Assembly: GCA_965215605.1 (NCBI GenBank)
Contig: OZ244070.1
Span: forward strand, 1,344,001 to 1,408,000
Length of the DNA stretch: 64,000 bases
Source of the DNA: an uncultured Candidatus Binatia bacterium
Lineage (GTDB): Bacteria; Desulfobacterota; Binatia; UBA9968; JAJDTQ01
Direction: 5' to 3'
Shown here: piece by piece, positions 1-12,736 of the stretch
Numbering within the stretch: position 1 is the stretch's first letter
Layout: every line of letters begins with the position of its first letter
Program-made: the position numbers and the translations under genes
Notes under the pieces: generated by a model
Database searches by the model: none
Told to the model about the DNA's origin: nothing
The model's input: the letters and a program-made list of their open reading frames with translations, nothing else

Positions 1-601
1 CGAACTCCGGCAAGGCCTTGCCCGCACCCACCTCGACCGGATAGCTCTCCGCCGTGCTGCCCGGAAAGGCCTCGCCGTCCACCGAGCCCGCGAAGTCGAT
101 GAACACGTAGTCGCCGTCCTCCACCCGGTCACGCCCCTCCACCGGCTCCAGTTGTCCGTTCCGGTCCTGAAGTCCCTTCAGGGCGCGTTCCAGGTCCTCG
201 TCCTCCACGCCGGCGCGTACGCGCTCGACCGGCACGGCACGATAGTTCTTGAGCTCGATGTCAGGCTTCACCTCGATGACGGCGGTGAACGCGAACGGCA
301 GCCCCTCGTCCAGCTCACCGGTCTCGAGCCGCGGCTCGGACACCGGTTCGAGCCCCTGTTCCTTCATGGCGCCGGCGAGCGATTCTTCCACCAGCTCGGA
401 CAGGGCCTGTGCCTGGATGTCGGTACCGTAGAGGCCGCGCAATATGTGCTGCGGGATCTTGCCCGCGCGAAAACCGCGCACCTTCGCCTGCCGTCCGACC
501 TGCCGGTAGATGCGGGCGAACGCCTTGCCGACCCGGTCGGCCGGCACCTCCAGCCGAAGCTTTCTCTGCGTCGGCGTCAACACCTCGACTTCACACTTCA
601 T
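1..601 (-). CDS. tig: Trigger factor (5' part; runs off the window start)
   Basis: Manual translation from ATG at 601 gives MKCEVEVLTPTQRKLRLEVP...KVRGFRAGKIP (GFRxGxxP ribosome-binding signature); lies downstream of tRNA-Leu. Not in the ORF track because it is truncated. Confidence 0.95.
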   Translation of the reverse strand, partial: MKCEVEVLTPTQRKLRLEVPADRVGKAFARIYRQVGRQAKVRGFRAGKIPQHILRGLYGTDIQAQALSELVEESLAGAMKEQGLEPVSEPRLETGELDEGLPFAFTAVIEVKPDIELKNYRAVPVERVRAGVEDEDLERALKGLQDRNGQLEPVEGRDRVEDGDYVFIDFAGSVDGEAFPGSTAESYPVEVGAGKALPEF

Positions 602-715
602 TCCAGTCCTGCCCCTTGTGGCTCCATTGTGTTTCCAATCCCGCGCGCGCGAGGTTCCCGAATCCGTGTTGCCGATGGAAGGCGAGCCCGCCGTGATGCG
701 ATGGCGTTTCCTCGA

Positions 716-798
716 TGGTGCGAGAGGGGGGACTCGAACCCCCACGGTTGCCCGCTAGATCCTAAGTCTAGTGCGTCTACCAGTTCCGCCACTCTCGC
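716..798 (-). tRNA. tRNA-Leu (anticodon TAG)
   Basis: Reverse complement GCGAGAGTGGCGGAACTGGTAGACGC...CTAGA-CTTAGGA-TCTAG...GTTCGAGTC...CTCTCGCACCA; long variable arm; CCA encoded. Confidence 0.97.
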
Positions 799-932
799 CT
801 GCCGGTGGCTTGCCAAAAAGCGCCGCCCATGACCGTGCTGTAGCAACCCCGCGAACCGCAAGTCAAGATAACTCCCGGCCGCGGCGGAGACTGCTCGAGA
901 ATGTCCGTGAGCCTTGTTGAGGAGGGGGGGAG

Positions 933-1005
<73 letters not shown>

Positions 1006-1018
1006 ATACGCGCTTTAT

Positions 1019-1096
1019 TGGGGTGAGTGAAGGGACTTGAACCCTCAACCCCTGGAGCCACAGTCCAGTGCTCTAACCAATTGAGCTACACTCACC
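1019..1096 (-). tRNA. tRNA-His (anticodon GTG), includes G-1
   Basis: GGTGAGTGTAGCTCAATTGGTTAGAGC-ACTGGA-CTGTGGC-TCCAG...GTTCAAGTC...CACTCACCCCA. Confidence 0.97.
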
Positions 1097-1125
1097 AGAA
1101 CACCCGTAACCAAAGCACCTGTTGC

Positions 1126-1202
<77 letters not shown>

Positions 1203-1289
1203 GTCGAACCGTTCCTTCAAGGCCGTTCCCGGTACTCCGTCGACTCCGCGGCTTTTCACGACCCGCCTTCCATGGGTCACGCCGGGGTT

Positions 1290-1366
1290 TGGTCGGGGCG
1301 AGCCGATTTGAACGGCCGACCCCCTGCTCCCAAGGCAGGTGCGCTACCTGGCTGCGCTACGCCCCG
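1290..1366 (-). tRNA. tRNA-Pro (anticodon TGG)
   Basis: CGGGGCGTAGCGCAGCCAGGTAGCGC-ACCTGC-CTTGGGA-GCAGG...GTTCAAATC...CGCCCCGACCA. Confidence 0.97.
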
Positions 1367-2137
1367 TCACCGAGTCTGAAGTTTACCTGATGTGGCGCCG
1401 ATATCAAGACTGGCGGCCCGCCGGTCCCGCAGCACCCGTTGCTGGATCTCCAGGATCCGTTGAATGCCGGCGCGGGCGAGGCCGATCAACCGATCGAGCT
1501 GCTCCGCATCGAAGGGTTCCTTCTCGGCCGTCCCCTGGACCTCCACGAACTTGCCCGAGCCGGTCATCACGAAGTTCATGTCCACCTGGGCGTGGTTGTC
1601 CTCGCCCGCGTCGAGGTCCAGCACCGCCTGTCCGTCCACCACCCCGACGCTGACCGCGGCGACGCTGTCTCCGAGCAGTCCCCCGGGCACGGTCTTGTCC
1701 GCCGCCCACTTCTCCATGGCGCAGCACAGGGCCACGTAGGCGCCGGTGATGGAGGCGGTCCGGGTGCCGCCGTCCGCCTGGATGACGTCGCAGTCGAGCC
1801 ACACCGTCCGTTCGCCGAGACAGTCCATGTTCGCCACCGACCGGAGACTGCGTCCGATCAGCCGCTGAATCTCGTGGGTGCGGCCGCCCACCTTGCCGCG
1901 GGAGGACTCTCTGGGTATGCGGGTGGGCGACGACGACGGCAGCATGCCGTACTCCGCCGTGATCCAGCCCCTGCCGGTCTTGCGCAGGAACGGCGGCACG
2001 CGGTCTTCCAGCGTTGCGGCGCAGATGACCCGGGTGTCGCCCATCTCGATCAGGGCCGAGCCGTCGGCGTGCTTGATGAAACCGGGCGTGATGTCGAGGG
2101 GGCGCAAGTCGTGGTCCCCGCGGCCGTTTGTGCGCAT
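1367..2137 (-). CDS. rph: Ribonuclease PH
   Basis: MRTNGR...GWITAEYGMLP...GRTHEIQRLIGRSLR...CDVIQADGGTRTASITG; start set at the MRTNGR ATG. Confidence 0.96.
   Translation of the reverse strand: MRTNGRGDHDLRPLDITPGFIKHADGSALIEMGDTRVICAATLEDRVPPFLRKTGRGWITAEYGMLPSSSPTRIPRESSRGKVGGRTHEIQRLIGRSLRSVANMDCLGERTVWLDCDVIQADGGTRTASITGAYVALCCAMEKWAADKTVPGGLLGDSVAAVSVGVVDGQAVLDLDAGEDNHAQVDMNFVMTGSGKFVEVQGTAEKEPFDAEQLDRLIGLARAGIQRILEIQQRVLRDRRAASLDIGATSGKLQTR
1380..1408 (-). promoter_or_regulatory. Candidate sigma70 promoter for the tRNA cluster, inside the rph 3' end
   Basis: Minus strand reads TTGATA-16 nt-TAAACT just upstream of tRNA-Pro. Confidence 0.45.
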
Positions 2138-2170
2138 GTCTTGGTCAGCCTCCCGGTGCCGTGCGGCCAA

Positions 2171-2190
2171 GCTTGAAACCCGCCCCTACA
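2171..2190 (-). repeat. Partial REP-like element
   Basis: Minus strand TGTAGGGGCGGGTTTCAAGC; matches copies at 3656-3684 and 12682-12710. Confidence 0.55.
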
Positions 2191-3598
2191 GATGAAAGAC
2201 GACCGTCTTGAGCTCGGTCATCTCCTCGATGGCGTAGCGCGGCCCTTCCTTGCCGAAACCGGACTCCTTGAGCCCGCCGTACGGCATCACGTCGGCCCGC
2301 CACTGCGGCCCCCAGTTCACGTGGAGGCTGCCCGACTCCACCTCCCGGGCGAATCTCATGGCCCAGCCGATGTTCTCGGTGAAGATCCCGGCGGAAAGGC
2401 CGAACACCGTGTCGTTGGCGAGCTCGATGGCCTCGTCGATGGACTCGAACGGCATCACCCCCACCGCCGGACCGAACAGCTCGTCACGCGTGATCCTCAT
2501 GTCGCGGGAGACATCGGCCACCACCGTGGGCGCGTAGACCGCGCGGTCCCGGGACCCGCCGGCCAACACCCGGGCACCCTGGCCCACGGCCTCGTTGACC
2601 CACTGCTCGACACGGACGGCTTCGTTCTCCTTGATCATGGGCCCCACCTGCGTGGCGGCATCGAGCTGGCTGCCGGTCGCCAGCGCCTCCACCCTGGGAG
2701 CCAACGCGCCCAGGAAGTCCGCGTACACGCGGCGGTCGGCCAGCACGCGCTGGGTGGAGATGCAGACCTGCCCCGAGTTCGCGTAGCCGGTGGCGGCCAC
2801 CGCCGCGGCCACCTTGTCGAGGTCCGCGTCCGGCATCACGATCACCGGGCAGTTGGACCCCAGTTCCATGGTGACCTTCTTGATGCCCGCCACCCGGCAG
2901 ATGTTCTCCCCCACCTCGCGGCTGCCGGTGAAGGTGATCTTGCGCACCCGGGGGTCGGCCACCAGCGGATCGCCGATCTCGCTGCCCGAGCCGGTCAGGC
3001 ATTGCACGCCCTCCGGCGGAACCCCGGCCTCCAGCAGGATCTCGGTCAGCTTGAGGCCCGACAGCGGGGTGTCCGAAGCCGGCTTGATGATCACCGAGTT
3101 GCCCCCGGCGATGGCGGGACCGACCTTGTGACAGAGCAGGTTCAGCGGGAAGTTGAACGGGCCGATGGCCACCACCACGCCGCAGGGCACGCGCAGCGTG
3201 AAAGCCAGCTTGCCCGCTCCCGCGGGATCGGCGTCCACCGGCACGGTCTCGCCGTGGACCCGCTTGGCCTCTTCGGCCGAGGCGGTCAGGGTCTCCACCG
3301 CCCGGCGCACCTCGCCCTTCCCTTCGGCCAGGACCTTTCCCTCTTCGCTCGAGATGAGCGTGCCGAGCTCGTCCACGCGCTCCGCCATGAGGGCGGCCGC
3401 GCGGGTGAGCACGCGCCACCGCTCGTGAGCGGTCATCCGGGCCATGAGCGCGGCCCCGCGCTGGGCGAACGCGAGCGCCCGCTCCACGTCGTCGCGGCCG
3501 GCCCTCGGCACGCTGTCGATGACGGAGTCATCATACGGGTTGCCGACCTCCTGCATCCTCGGTCGATCGACCCACTCTCCGGCGAGAAACATCTTCAT
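2186..3598 (-). CDS. NAD(P)-dependent aldehyde dehydrogenase
   Basis: PFNFP, FTGS, MELGSN, GQVCIS (catalytic Cys), ELFGP and PYGGLKESG motifs; AGGAG upstream of MKMFLAG. Confidence 0.93.
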   Translation of the reverse strand: MKMFLAGEWVDRPRMQEVGNPYDDSVIDSVPRAGRDDVERALAFAQRGAALMARMTAHERWRVLTRAAALMAERVDELGTLISSEEGKVLAEGKGEVRRAVETLTASAEEAKRVHGETVPVDADPAGAGKLAFTLRVPCGVVVAIGPFNFPLNLLCHKVGPAIAGGNSVIIKPASDTPLSGLKLTEILLEAGVPPEGVQCLTGSGSEIGDPLVADPRVRKITFTGSREVGENICRVAGIKKVTMELGSNCPVIVMPDADLDKVAAAVAATGYANSGQVCISTQRVLADRRVYADFLGALAPRVEALATGSQLDAATQVGPMIKENEAVRVEQWVNEAVGQGARVLAGGSRDRAVYAPTVVADVSRDMRITRDELFGPAVGVMPFESIDEAIELANDTVFGLSAGIFTENIGWAMRFAREVESGSLHVNWGPQWRADVMPYGGLKESGFGKEGPRYAIEEMTELKTVVFHL

Positions 3599-3655
3599 TG
3601 CGATCAAACTCCTTCGGAGCTGCCGGCGCTGTCCCGGACGGCGCCGCGGGCCGGA

Positions 3656-3684
3656 CACGCGCGGGTTTGAAACCCGCCCCTGCA
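3656..3684 (-). repeat. REP-like palindrome
   Basis: GCGGGTTT-G-AAACCCGC hairpin followed by CCCTGCA on the + strand. Confidence 0.6.
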
Positions 3685-3701
3685 ACATCGTGCCGCTAAC
3701 G

Positions 3702-4772
3702 TTACACGAGATCCCTTATGGGCTCCACCACGGTCTCCGAGATTCCCTGCATCATGGCGAAGAGGCGCGGCTGCTCCAGCGCCCCGACAGCGTCCAGAGC
3801 CGCCTGCCTGCGGTCGTGCATCTCCCGCACCGCAAAGGGCAGCGACTCGAGCTGGTCGAACAGTCCCGCGACCCGCTCGACGTCCGCGGCCGACGTGGCC
3901 GCCCGGTCCTTGTCCAGCACCTCCAGCAGCCAACGGGCGTCTTCCGGAGACGCGTTTTCCAACGCGTGGACCGCCAGGATGCTGCGCTTGCCCTCGGCGA
4001 TGTCGCTGCCGCGCTGGTCACGGCCCTTGTCGCCGTAGAGATCCAGCACGTCGTCCTGAATCTGAAACAGGATGCCGAGCTGGCGCGCCGCCTCGGTGAG
4101 GCCCTCCAGCATCCCCGGCTCCCGGCCCAGCATCTCGGCGCTGCCGGCCATGCCGAGGACGAAGAGTCGGGCGGTCTTGGCTTCGACCATGTCGAAGTAC
4201 CGCGCCAGCGAGGGACGGGCGCTCGCCCGCAACGCGAACTCCTGTTCCTGCCCGTCGATGACCTTCAGGGTCTCGACGAGCATCCGCCGCGCCAGCGCCT
4301 CACGCCGCTCGACGGCCACCGGCGCCCGTTGCGCCAGCAACAGCGTCAAGTAGAACATGGCATCGCCGAGGTTGATGGCCCGGGCGACGCCGAAGCGATG
4401 CCATACCGTCTCCTGTCCCCGGCGCGCCTCGTCGCCGTCCTGCACGTCGTCGTGGACCAGCGTCGCGTTGTGCAGCATCTCGCAAGCCGCGCCCATGGGA
4501 ACCGCCCTGGCGGGATCCTCCCCCAGACAATCCGCCACCAGCAGCGGCAGCAGGGCGCGCAGCCGCTTGCCGCCCGTCCGGAAGTGGTAGCGGCACATCT
4601 CGGCCAGCCCCGACGCGCCGAGCTCCGCTTCCCGGAGCACGTCATCGAGGAGGAAGAGGACTTCGGGGAGATACCGTTTCCGGATGTTTTCGAAGTGCTC
4701 CAGGAACGCCTGCTTCGCCGCCGCCGGCAGGCCGGCGGCGTCCGGGCGTCCGGGACGATCAGCGCGCGTCAT
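3702..4772 (-). CDS. Trans-isoprenyl (polyprenyl/GGPP) diphosphate synthase
   Basis: GGKRLR, first aspartate-rich motif LVHDDVQD..RRG, second motif FQIQDDVLD, DIAEGK. Confidence 0.93.
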   Translation of the reverse strand: MTRADRPGRPDAAGLPAAAKQAFLEHFENIRKRYLPEVLFLLDDVLREAELGASGLAEMCRYHFRTGGKRLRALLPLLVADCLGEDPARAVPMGAACEMLHNATLVHDDVQDGDEARRGQETVWHRFGVARAINLGDAMFYLTLLLAQRAPVAVERREALARRMLVETLKVIDGQEQEFALRASARPSLARYFDMVEAKTARLFVLGMAGSAEMLGREPGMLEGLTEAARQLGILFQIQDDVLDLYGDKGRDQRGSDIAEGKRSILAVHALENASPEDARWLLEVLDKDRAATSAADVERVAGLFDQLESLPFAVREMHDRRQAALDAVGALEQPRLFAMMQGISETVVEPIRDLV

Positions 4773-4847
4773 GCGCGTCCTTCATCCTGTTGGCGGCGTC
4801 CGGCATGCGGGTGGCTTGCGAGGAAGGGCGGTCGAGGAAGGGGAGGC

Positions 4848-5060
4848 TCAGCGGAGCTTCATGCCGAACGCCACAGGCCCCTTGTCGCCCGCGCGGGTCT
4901 GAAACTGCACGCTGTCGCCTTCACCGAAATCCTCGAACCGGACCCGGGGGGCGCCGCTGCTCCGATGGAAGAACACGTCGTCGCCGCCGTCATCCGGCTC
5001 GATGAAGCCGAATCCCTTGTCCTTGAGAATCTTCCTGATGGTTCCCGTCACCTCGTTCAC
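4848..5060 (-). CDS. Cold-shock domain protein (start uncertain: GTG at 5060 or 5051)
   Basis: RNP1 KGFGFI, RNP2 VFFHRS, C-terminal KGPVA; about 70 aa. Confidence 0.85.
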   Translation of the reverse strand: MNEVTGTIRKILKDKGFGFIEPDDGGDDVFFHRSSGAPRVRFEDFGEGDSVQFQTRAGDKGPVAFGMKLR

Positions 5061-5214
5061 TCCGGTTCCCGGACCCTGCGGCCCGTTCGATTCGATGTCA
5101 CCCACGCGTCTGGCCCGTTTCATAGTGCGAGCAGCGGCGGGAGTCAAGAAGGGCGCGCGGCAACCATGCCTTGTCGCTTTGTTTTCATCTCGGATGTGAT
5201 ATCCGTCAAACAGG

Positions 5215-5922
5215 ATGTCCAGCCCGCTACGCGTCATCGATCTGGGCCGTCTCGACTACGAGGCGGCGCTGTCCGTTCAGGAACGGTTCCTCGAAGAGAA
5301 GACCCGCGAGCCCCGGGACGACTGCCTGATACTGGTGGAGCATCCGCACGTGATCACCACCGGCCGAAGGGAGGCCCACGGCCACATACTCGACGCCGGC
5401 GACGTCCCGGTGCGCGCCACCAGCCGCGGCGGCGACGTGACCTACCACGGCCCGGGTCAACTCGTGGCCTACCCGATCATCGATCTCAAGTCCCGGCAAC
5501 GCCGCGCCGTGCACCGCTATCTGCACGGGCTCGAACAGGCGATCATCGACGTGCTGGCCTGCTTCGACCTGGCGGGCGCGCGGCGCCCGCCCTTCACCGG
5601 GGTGTGGATCGGCGACCGGAAGATCTGCGCCATCGGCATCGCCGTCAGACGCAGCGTCACCTACCATGGCGCCGCCCTCAACGTGGCGCCCGAACTGGAT
5701 TATTTCCACAGGATCGTCCCTTGCGGGCTGGATTGGGCGCAGGTCACCTCCATCGAACGGGAGGCGGGGAGATCCATCGAGATGGAAACGGTCAAGTCCC
5801 TGCTGGTGCGGAGTTTCTGCCGGGCGTTCGGTTACGATGGGGTGGCAGGGGACAATGGGGTCACAAGGGACCAAGAGGCTGCCGAGCCCGCCGCGGGCAG
5901 GCACGGCGCCCGCTCGGACTAG
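5215..5922 (+). CDS. lipB: Octanoyltransferase LipB
   Basis: LVEHPHVIT, RGGDVTYHGPGQLVAYPI, KICAIG, IVPCG. Confidence 0.95.
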   Translation: MSSPLRVIDLGRLDYEAALSVQERFLEEKTREPRDDCLILVEHPHVITTGRREAHGHILDAGDVPVRATSRGGDVTYHGPGQLVAYPIIDLKSRQRRAVHRYLHGLEQAIIDVLACFDLAGARRPPFTGVWIGDRKICAIGIAVRRSVTYHGAALNVAPELDYFHRIVPCGLDWAQVTSIEREAGRSIEMETVKSLLVRSFCRAFGYDGVAGDNGVTRDQEAAEPAAGRHGARSD

Positions 5923-5925
5923 CGG

Positions 5926-6189
5926 CTATTTCTGAAACCAGTCGGCGTTGATCTGGGTGTATTCCTGCCACTTTTCCGGAACTGCGGCTTCCTCGAATAT
6001 CGCCTCCACGGGACATACCGGCTCGCAGGCGCCGCAGTCGATGCACTCCTCCGGATCGATGTAGAGCATATTCTCTTTCTCGAATACCTCGGGATCGTTC
6101 TTGGTCGGGTGGATGCAATCGACAGGGCAAACATCGACACACGCCGTGTCCTTGGTGTCGATACAGGGCTCTACAATCACGTAGGTCAT
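5926..6189 (-). CDS. Ferredoxin, dicluster 7Fe-type
   Basis: C-x7-C-x3-CP and [12 protein letters not shown] motifs. Confidence 0.92.
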   Translation of the reverse strand: MTYVIVEPCIDTKDTACVDVCPVDCIHPTKNDPEVFEKENMLYIDPEECIDCGACEPVCPVEAIFEEAAVPEKWQEYTQINADWFQK

Positions 6190-6301
6190 TCACTTCCTCC
6201 TGGGGTGCCGGCAGGCTCTCCCGCGCTCATCCACTGCGTTGGCGGCCCGCGGCCACGGTCTCCTACCCTGTTGTTTTGGCTAACAAACAGCCCGGTTCAA
6301 G

Positions 6302-7768
6302 TCAAGCGGGCCGGCTGCCCGACGCCCCTTCGGAAGCCGCCTTGGCGCTGTTCCGGGCGCGTTTCCGGGGCGGCGTGTGAGTGGCCGTGCCGTAGAACAG
6401 CTCGGCGCATTCCATGAGGGTCTCGGAGAGCGTCGGATGCGGATGGACGGACTCGGCGAGGTCCCGCGCGGTGGCCCCCATCTCGATGGCAAGCACGCCC
6501 TCGCCGATCAACTCGCCGGCGCCGGCGCCGGTGATGCCCACGCCGAGAATGCGCTCCGTGCCGGGCTCGAGGATCAGCTTGGTCAGGCCTTCGGGGCGGT
6601 CGAGGGTGAGCGCCCTCCCGGAGGCGCCCCAGGGAAACTTCACGACCTCCACCGCCACATCCCCCGCCCTGGCTTCCCGTTCGGTCAGCCCGCACCAGGC
6701 GACCTCCGGCTCGGTGAAGACCACCGCCGGGATCACCACGCCGGCGATGGTGCTGGACTCGCCGGCGATGGCCTCCACCGCCACCCGCGCCTCCTTGGTG
6801 GCCCGGTGCGCCAGCAAGGCGCCGCCGTTGGCGTCGCCGATGGCGTAGATGGCGGGGTCGCCGGTCTGCTGCTGGTCGTTGCACTCGATGAAGCCGTTGG
6901 CGCCGACCTTGACTCCGGTGTTCTCGAGGCCGAGGTCCTGGTAGCCGGGCGTCCGGCCCACGCTGACCAGGACCCGGTCGTAGCTCTCTTCCCGGACGGC
7001 GCCGTTGACTTCCATGGCCACCTTGATCTTCCTGCCGCTGGTGGCCATGCGCAGCACCTTGGTCTTGAGACGGATCTCCTTGAAGAGCGACTCGGCCACC
7101 TTGGCCACGGGCCGCGTGAGGTCCGCGTCCACGCCGGACAGCAGGTGGTTCAGCGCCTCCACCAGGACGATCTCGCTTCCCAGGCGGGCATAGACCGTCC
7201 CCAGCTCCATGCCGATGTAACCGCCCCCCACCACCAGCAGGCGGCCCGGCACGTCCGCCAGCTCCAGCGCCTCGGTGGAGGTCATGATCCGCTGGTTCCC
7301 CAGATCGAAGGCCGCCGGCATGGCGGGCTTGGAGCCCACCGCGATGATGGCCTTGTCGTAGTTGACGAACTGTTGTCCTCCGGCCGTCTCCACCCGGAGG
7401 GTCCGGGAGTCCTCGAAGTGTCCGCGCCCGTGGAGACGCTGGACGCCCCGTCGCGAGCACAGGCCCTGCAGCCCCCCGGCCAGCTTGTCGATGACCGACT
7501 CTTTCCACCCGCGCAGCTTGTCGAGCTTGACCTTGGGCTTGCCGAACGCGACCCCGCGGGCTTCCGAAAGCGCCGCCTCGTCGATGACCTGGGTGGCATG
7601 GAGAAGAGCCTTCGAGGGAATGCAGCCGCGGTTGAGGCAGACCCCCCCGAGCCGCTCGTCCCGCTCCACCAGCAACACGCGTTTCCCCAGATCCGCGGCG
7701 TAGAAGGCCGCGGCATAGCCGCCGGGCCCGGCGCCGACCACGACGATTTCCGTTTTGATGGGTTCCAC
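6302..7768 (-). CDS. lpdA: Dihydrolipoamide dehydrogenase (E3)
   Basis: GAGPGG, GGVCLNRGCIPSK redox disulfide, GGGYIG, HPHPTLSE. Confidence 0.96.
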   Translation of the reverse strand: MEPIKTEIVVVGAGPGGYAAAFYAADLGKRVLLVERDERLGGVCLNRGCIPSKALLHATQVIDEAALSEARGVAFGKPKVKLDKLRGWKESVIDKLAGGLQGLCSRRGVQRLHGRGHFEDSRTLRVETAGGQQFVNYDKAIIAVGSKPAMPAAFDLGNQRIMTSTEALELADVPGRLLVVGGGYIGMELGTVYARLGSEIVLVEALNHLLSGVDADLTRPVAKVAESLFKEIRLKTKVLRMATSGRKIKVAMEVNGAVREESYDRVLVSVGRTPGYQDLGLENTGVKVGANGFIECNDQQQTGDPAIYAIGDANGGALLAHRATKEARVAVEAIAGESSTIAGVVIPAVVFTEPEVAWCGLTEREARAGDVAVEVVKFPWGASGRALTLDRPEGLTKLILEPGTERILGVGITGAGAGELIGEGVLAIEMGATARDLAESVHPHPTLSETLMECAELFYGTATHTPPRKRARNSAKAASEGASGSRPA

Positions 7769-7802
7769 GGGTCTCCTGACCGATCTCGTTTCTAGTGTGG
7801 CG

Positions 7803-9050
7803 TCACGATACGGGCCACTTGATGTCCGCTTCGGGAAAGTCTTCCAGACAGCGCACGATCTCGCGCAGGAAACGCGCTCCGTCGGCGCCGTCGATCACCC
7901 GGTGGTCGTAGGAGAGCGCCAGCGGCAGCACCATCCGCGGCGTCACCTTCTTGTCCCGCACCACCGGCCGGACGACGCCCCGCCCCATGCCCAGAACCGC
8001 CACCTGCGGGCTGTTCACGATGGGCGTGAAGTGGGAACCGCCGATGCTTCCGAGGTTGGAGATGGTGAACGTCGCCCCCTGCATCTCGTCCGCGTTCAGC
8101 TTGCGCTGCCGGGTCCGCTCCGCCAGCTCGTCCAGCTCCCTGGACAGGTCCAGCAGGTTTTTCTTGTCCACGTCGCGGATGACCGGCGCGATCAGGCCCG
8201 CCTCGGTGTCCACCGCCACCCCGATGTGGACGTAGTCGCGGGTGACGATCTCCAGCGCCTCGTAGTCCACGCTGGTCTTGAAGACCGGGTACTTGTCGAG
8301 GGCCGACACCGCCGCCCCGATGGCGAACGAGGTCACCGTCAACCTCGCCCCCGACTTCTCGTAGACCCTGGAGTAACGCTTCCGGAGCTCCATCAGCCCG
8401 GTGATGTCCGCGTCGTCGAACTGGGTCACGTGGGGGACGGTGGTCCAGGAATCGGTCATCCGCTGGGCGATGGTGCGCCGGAGCGGCGACATCCTCTCCC
8501 GCTTGCTCGGTCCCCACTTGGTGAGGTCCAGGGTCTTGAAGACGTTGACCGCGGGCTCCGCCGGCGGGGCGGACGGACCGAGGGCGAGCTGCTGAAGCCC
8601 CTGGACGTAGCTTCGGACATCCGCCATGACGATGCGCCCGCCGCGCTCGCTCCCCTTCACCCGGGTGAGGTCGATGCCCAGCTCCCGCGCGATCTTCCGC
8701 ACCGTGGGCGAGGCCGGCGGCGGCGCGCCGCTGGTGGAGACGGGCAGGCGGGCCGGGGGCGCCTCGGCCGGCGCTTCCGTCGCGGGCGGCGGCGCCTCCA
8801 CAACCGGCGCGGAAGCGCTCCCCTCGTCGATGGTCACCAGCACCTGGCCCACCGACACCACCTGCCCCGCCAGCACGTGTATCCGGGCCACGCTGCCGGC
8901 GGCGGGGGAAGGGATGGGGGCCACCGCCTTCTCGTTCTCCAGCTCCAGAAGGGTCTGGTCCAGTCGGACCTGGTCTCCTTCCGAGACCAGGACGTTGACG
9001 ACGGTGCCAGAGTCCGCCCCTTCGGCCAGCTTGGGAAGCGTTACATCCAT
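7803..9050 (-). CDS. aceF: Dihydrolipoamide acetyltransferase (E2), single lipoyl domain
   Basis: MDVTLPKL...ENEKA lipoyl motif, ASPTVRKIARELGIDL E3-binding domain, TISNLG, SYDHRVIDGA. Confidence 0.93.
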   Translation of the reverse strand: MDVTLPKLAEGADSGTVVNVLVSEGDQVRLDQTLLELENEKAVAPIPSPAAGSVARIHVLAGQVVSVGQVLVTIDEGSASAPVVEAPPPATEAPAEAPPARLPVSTSGAPPPASPTVRKIARELGIDLTRVKGSERGGRIVMADVRSYVQGLQQLALGPSAPPAEPAVNVFKTLDLTKWGPSKRERMSPLRRTIAQRMTDSWTTVPHVTQFDDADITGLMELRKRYSRVYEKSGARLTVTSFAIGAAVSALDKYPVFKTSVDYEALEIVTRDYVHIGVAVDTEAGLIAPVIRDVDKKNLLDLSRELDELAERTRQRKLNADEMQGATFTISNLGSIGGSHFTPIVNSPQVAVLGMGRGVVRPVVRDKKVTPRMVLPLALSYDHRVIDGADGARFLREIVRCLEDFPEADIKWPVS

Positions 9051-9064
9051 GATGCGAAGGCAGC

Positions 9065-11794
<2,730 letters not shown>

Positions 11795-11949
11795 GACGTT
11801 CCAGGGATATTATACCAAGGTCTGCGGAAGCAACACGTGCGGGGGGCAACATATTCGGCGCCGCCCACGCCTGTCAAGTCCTTTCGGACCGGGCGCGGAG
11901 CCGCTCCAGGACGGCCCGCCGCAAGCTGGCTGCCGGCCGTACCACGAAC

Positions 11950-12669
11950 ATGCAGTGCCTCGATCTGACACTACCGACCCCAGAAGCCAACCTGGCCTGC
12001 GACGAGGCGCTGCTGGACGACTGCGAGCGGACGCAGGACCGGGAGGTCCTCCGCTTCTGGGAATCCCCGGAGCCTTTCGTGGTGCTCGGCATGGCCAGCC
12101 GGCTGGAGCGCGAGGTCGACGCGCCCGCGTGCGCTGCCCGGGGCATTCCCGTCCTGCGGCGCTGCAGCGGCGGCGGCACCGTGGTCCAGGGTCCCGGCTG
12201 CCTGAGCTACACGCTCATCCTGCGCATGGCCGGCGAACGGCCGCTGGAGCGCATCGATTCCGCCAATGCCTTCATCATGCAGCGCCACCGGCGCGCGCTG
12301 GCGGAAGCCACCGGCCTGCCGGTCCGCCGCCAAGGCGCCACCGACCTCGCCGTGGGCCAGCGGAAGTTCTCGGGCAACGCGCAGCGCCGACGGCGGCGCT
12401 TCCTGCTGTTCCACGGCACCTTCCTGCTGGACTTCCCGATCCCGCTGATGGAAGAGATCCTGCCGTATCCGCCCAAAACCCCGGCCTACCGCCGGGGCCG
12501 CGGCCACCGCTTCTTTCTCACCAACCTGGGGCAACCCGCTTCACGCATCAAGGCGCTGCTGATGCGCTGCTGGGACGCCGCGCCCGGGGACGCCGAAGTC
12601 CCGCGCGCCGCCATCGCGTCGCTGGTGGAGAAGAAATACTCCGTCCCGAGTTGGAACCGGAGGTGTTAG
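11950..12669 (+). CDS. Lipoate-protein ligase A family protein
   Basis: NLACDEALL, RRCSGGGTV, KFSGNAQ, HGTFL; divergent from aceE. Confidence 0.9.
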   Translation: MQCLDLTLPTPEANLACDEALLDDCERTQDREVLRFWESPEPFVVLGMASRLEREVDAPACAARGIPVLRRCSGGGTVVQGPGCLSYTLILRMAGERPLERIDSANAFIMQRHRRALAEATGLPVRRQGATDLAVGQRKFSGNAQRRRRRFLLFHGTFLLDFPIPLMEEILPYPPKTPAYRRGRGHRFFLTNLGQPASRIKALLMRCWDAAPGDAEVPRAAIASLVEKKYSVPSWNRRC

Positions 12670-12681
12670 GAACCGCGGAGG

Positions 12682-12710
12682 TGCAGGGGCGGACTCAAAA
12701 CCCGCGCGCG
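12682..12710 (+). repeat. Degenerate REP-like palindrome
   Basis: TGCAGGGGCGGACTCAAAACCCGCGCG; same family as 3656-3684; lies between convergent genes. Confidence 0.5.
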
Positions 12711-12736
12711 CCACCAGCGGTGATCGGAACGCCGGG

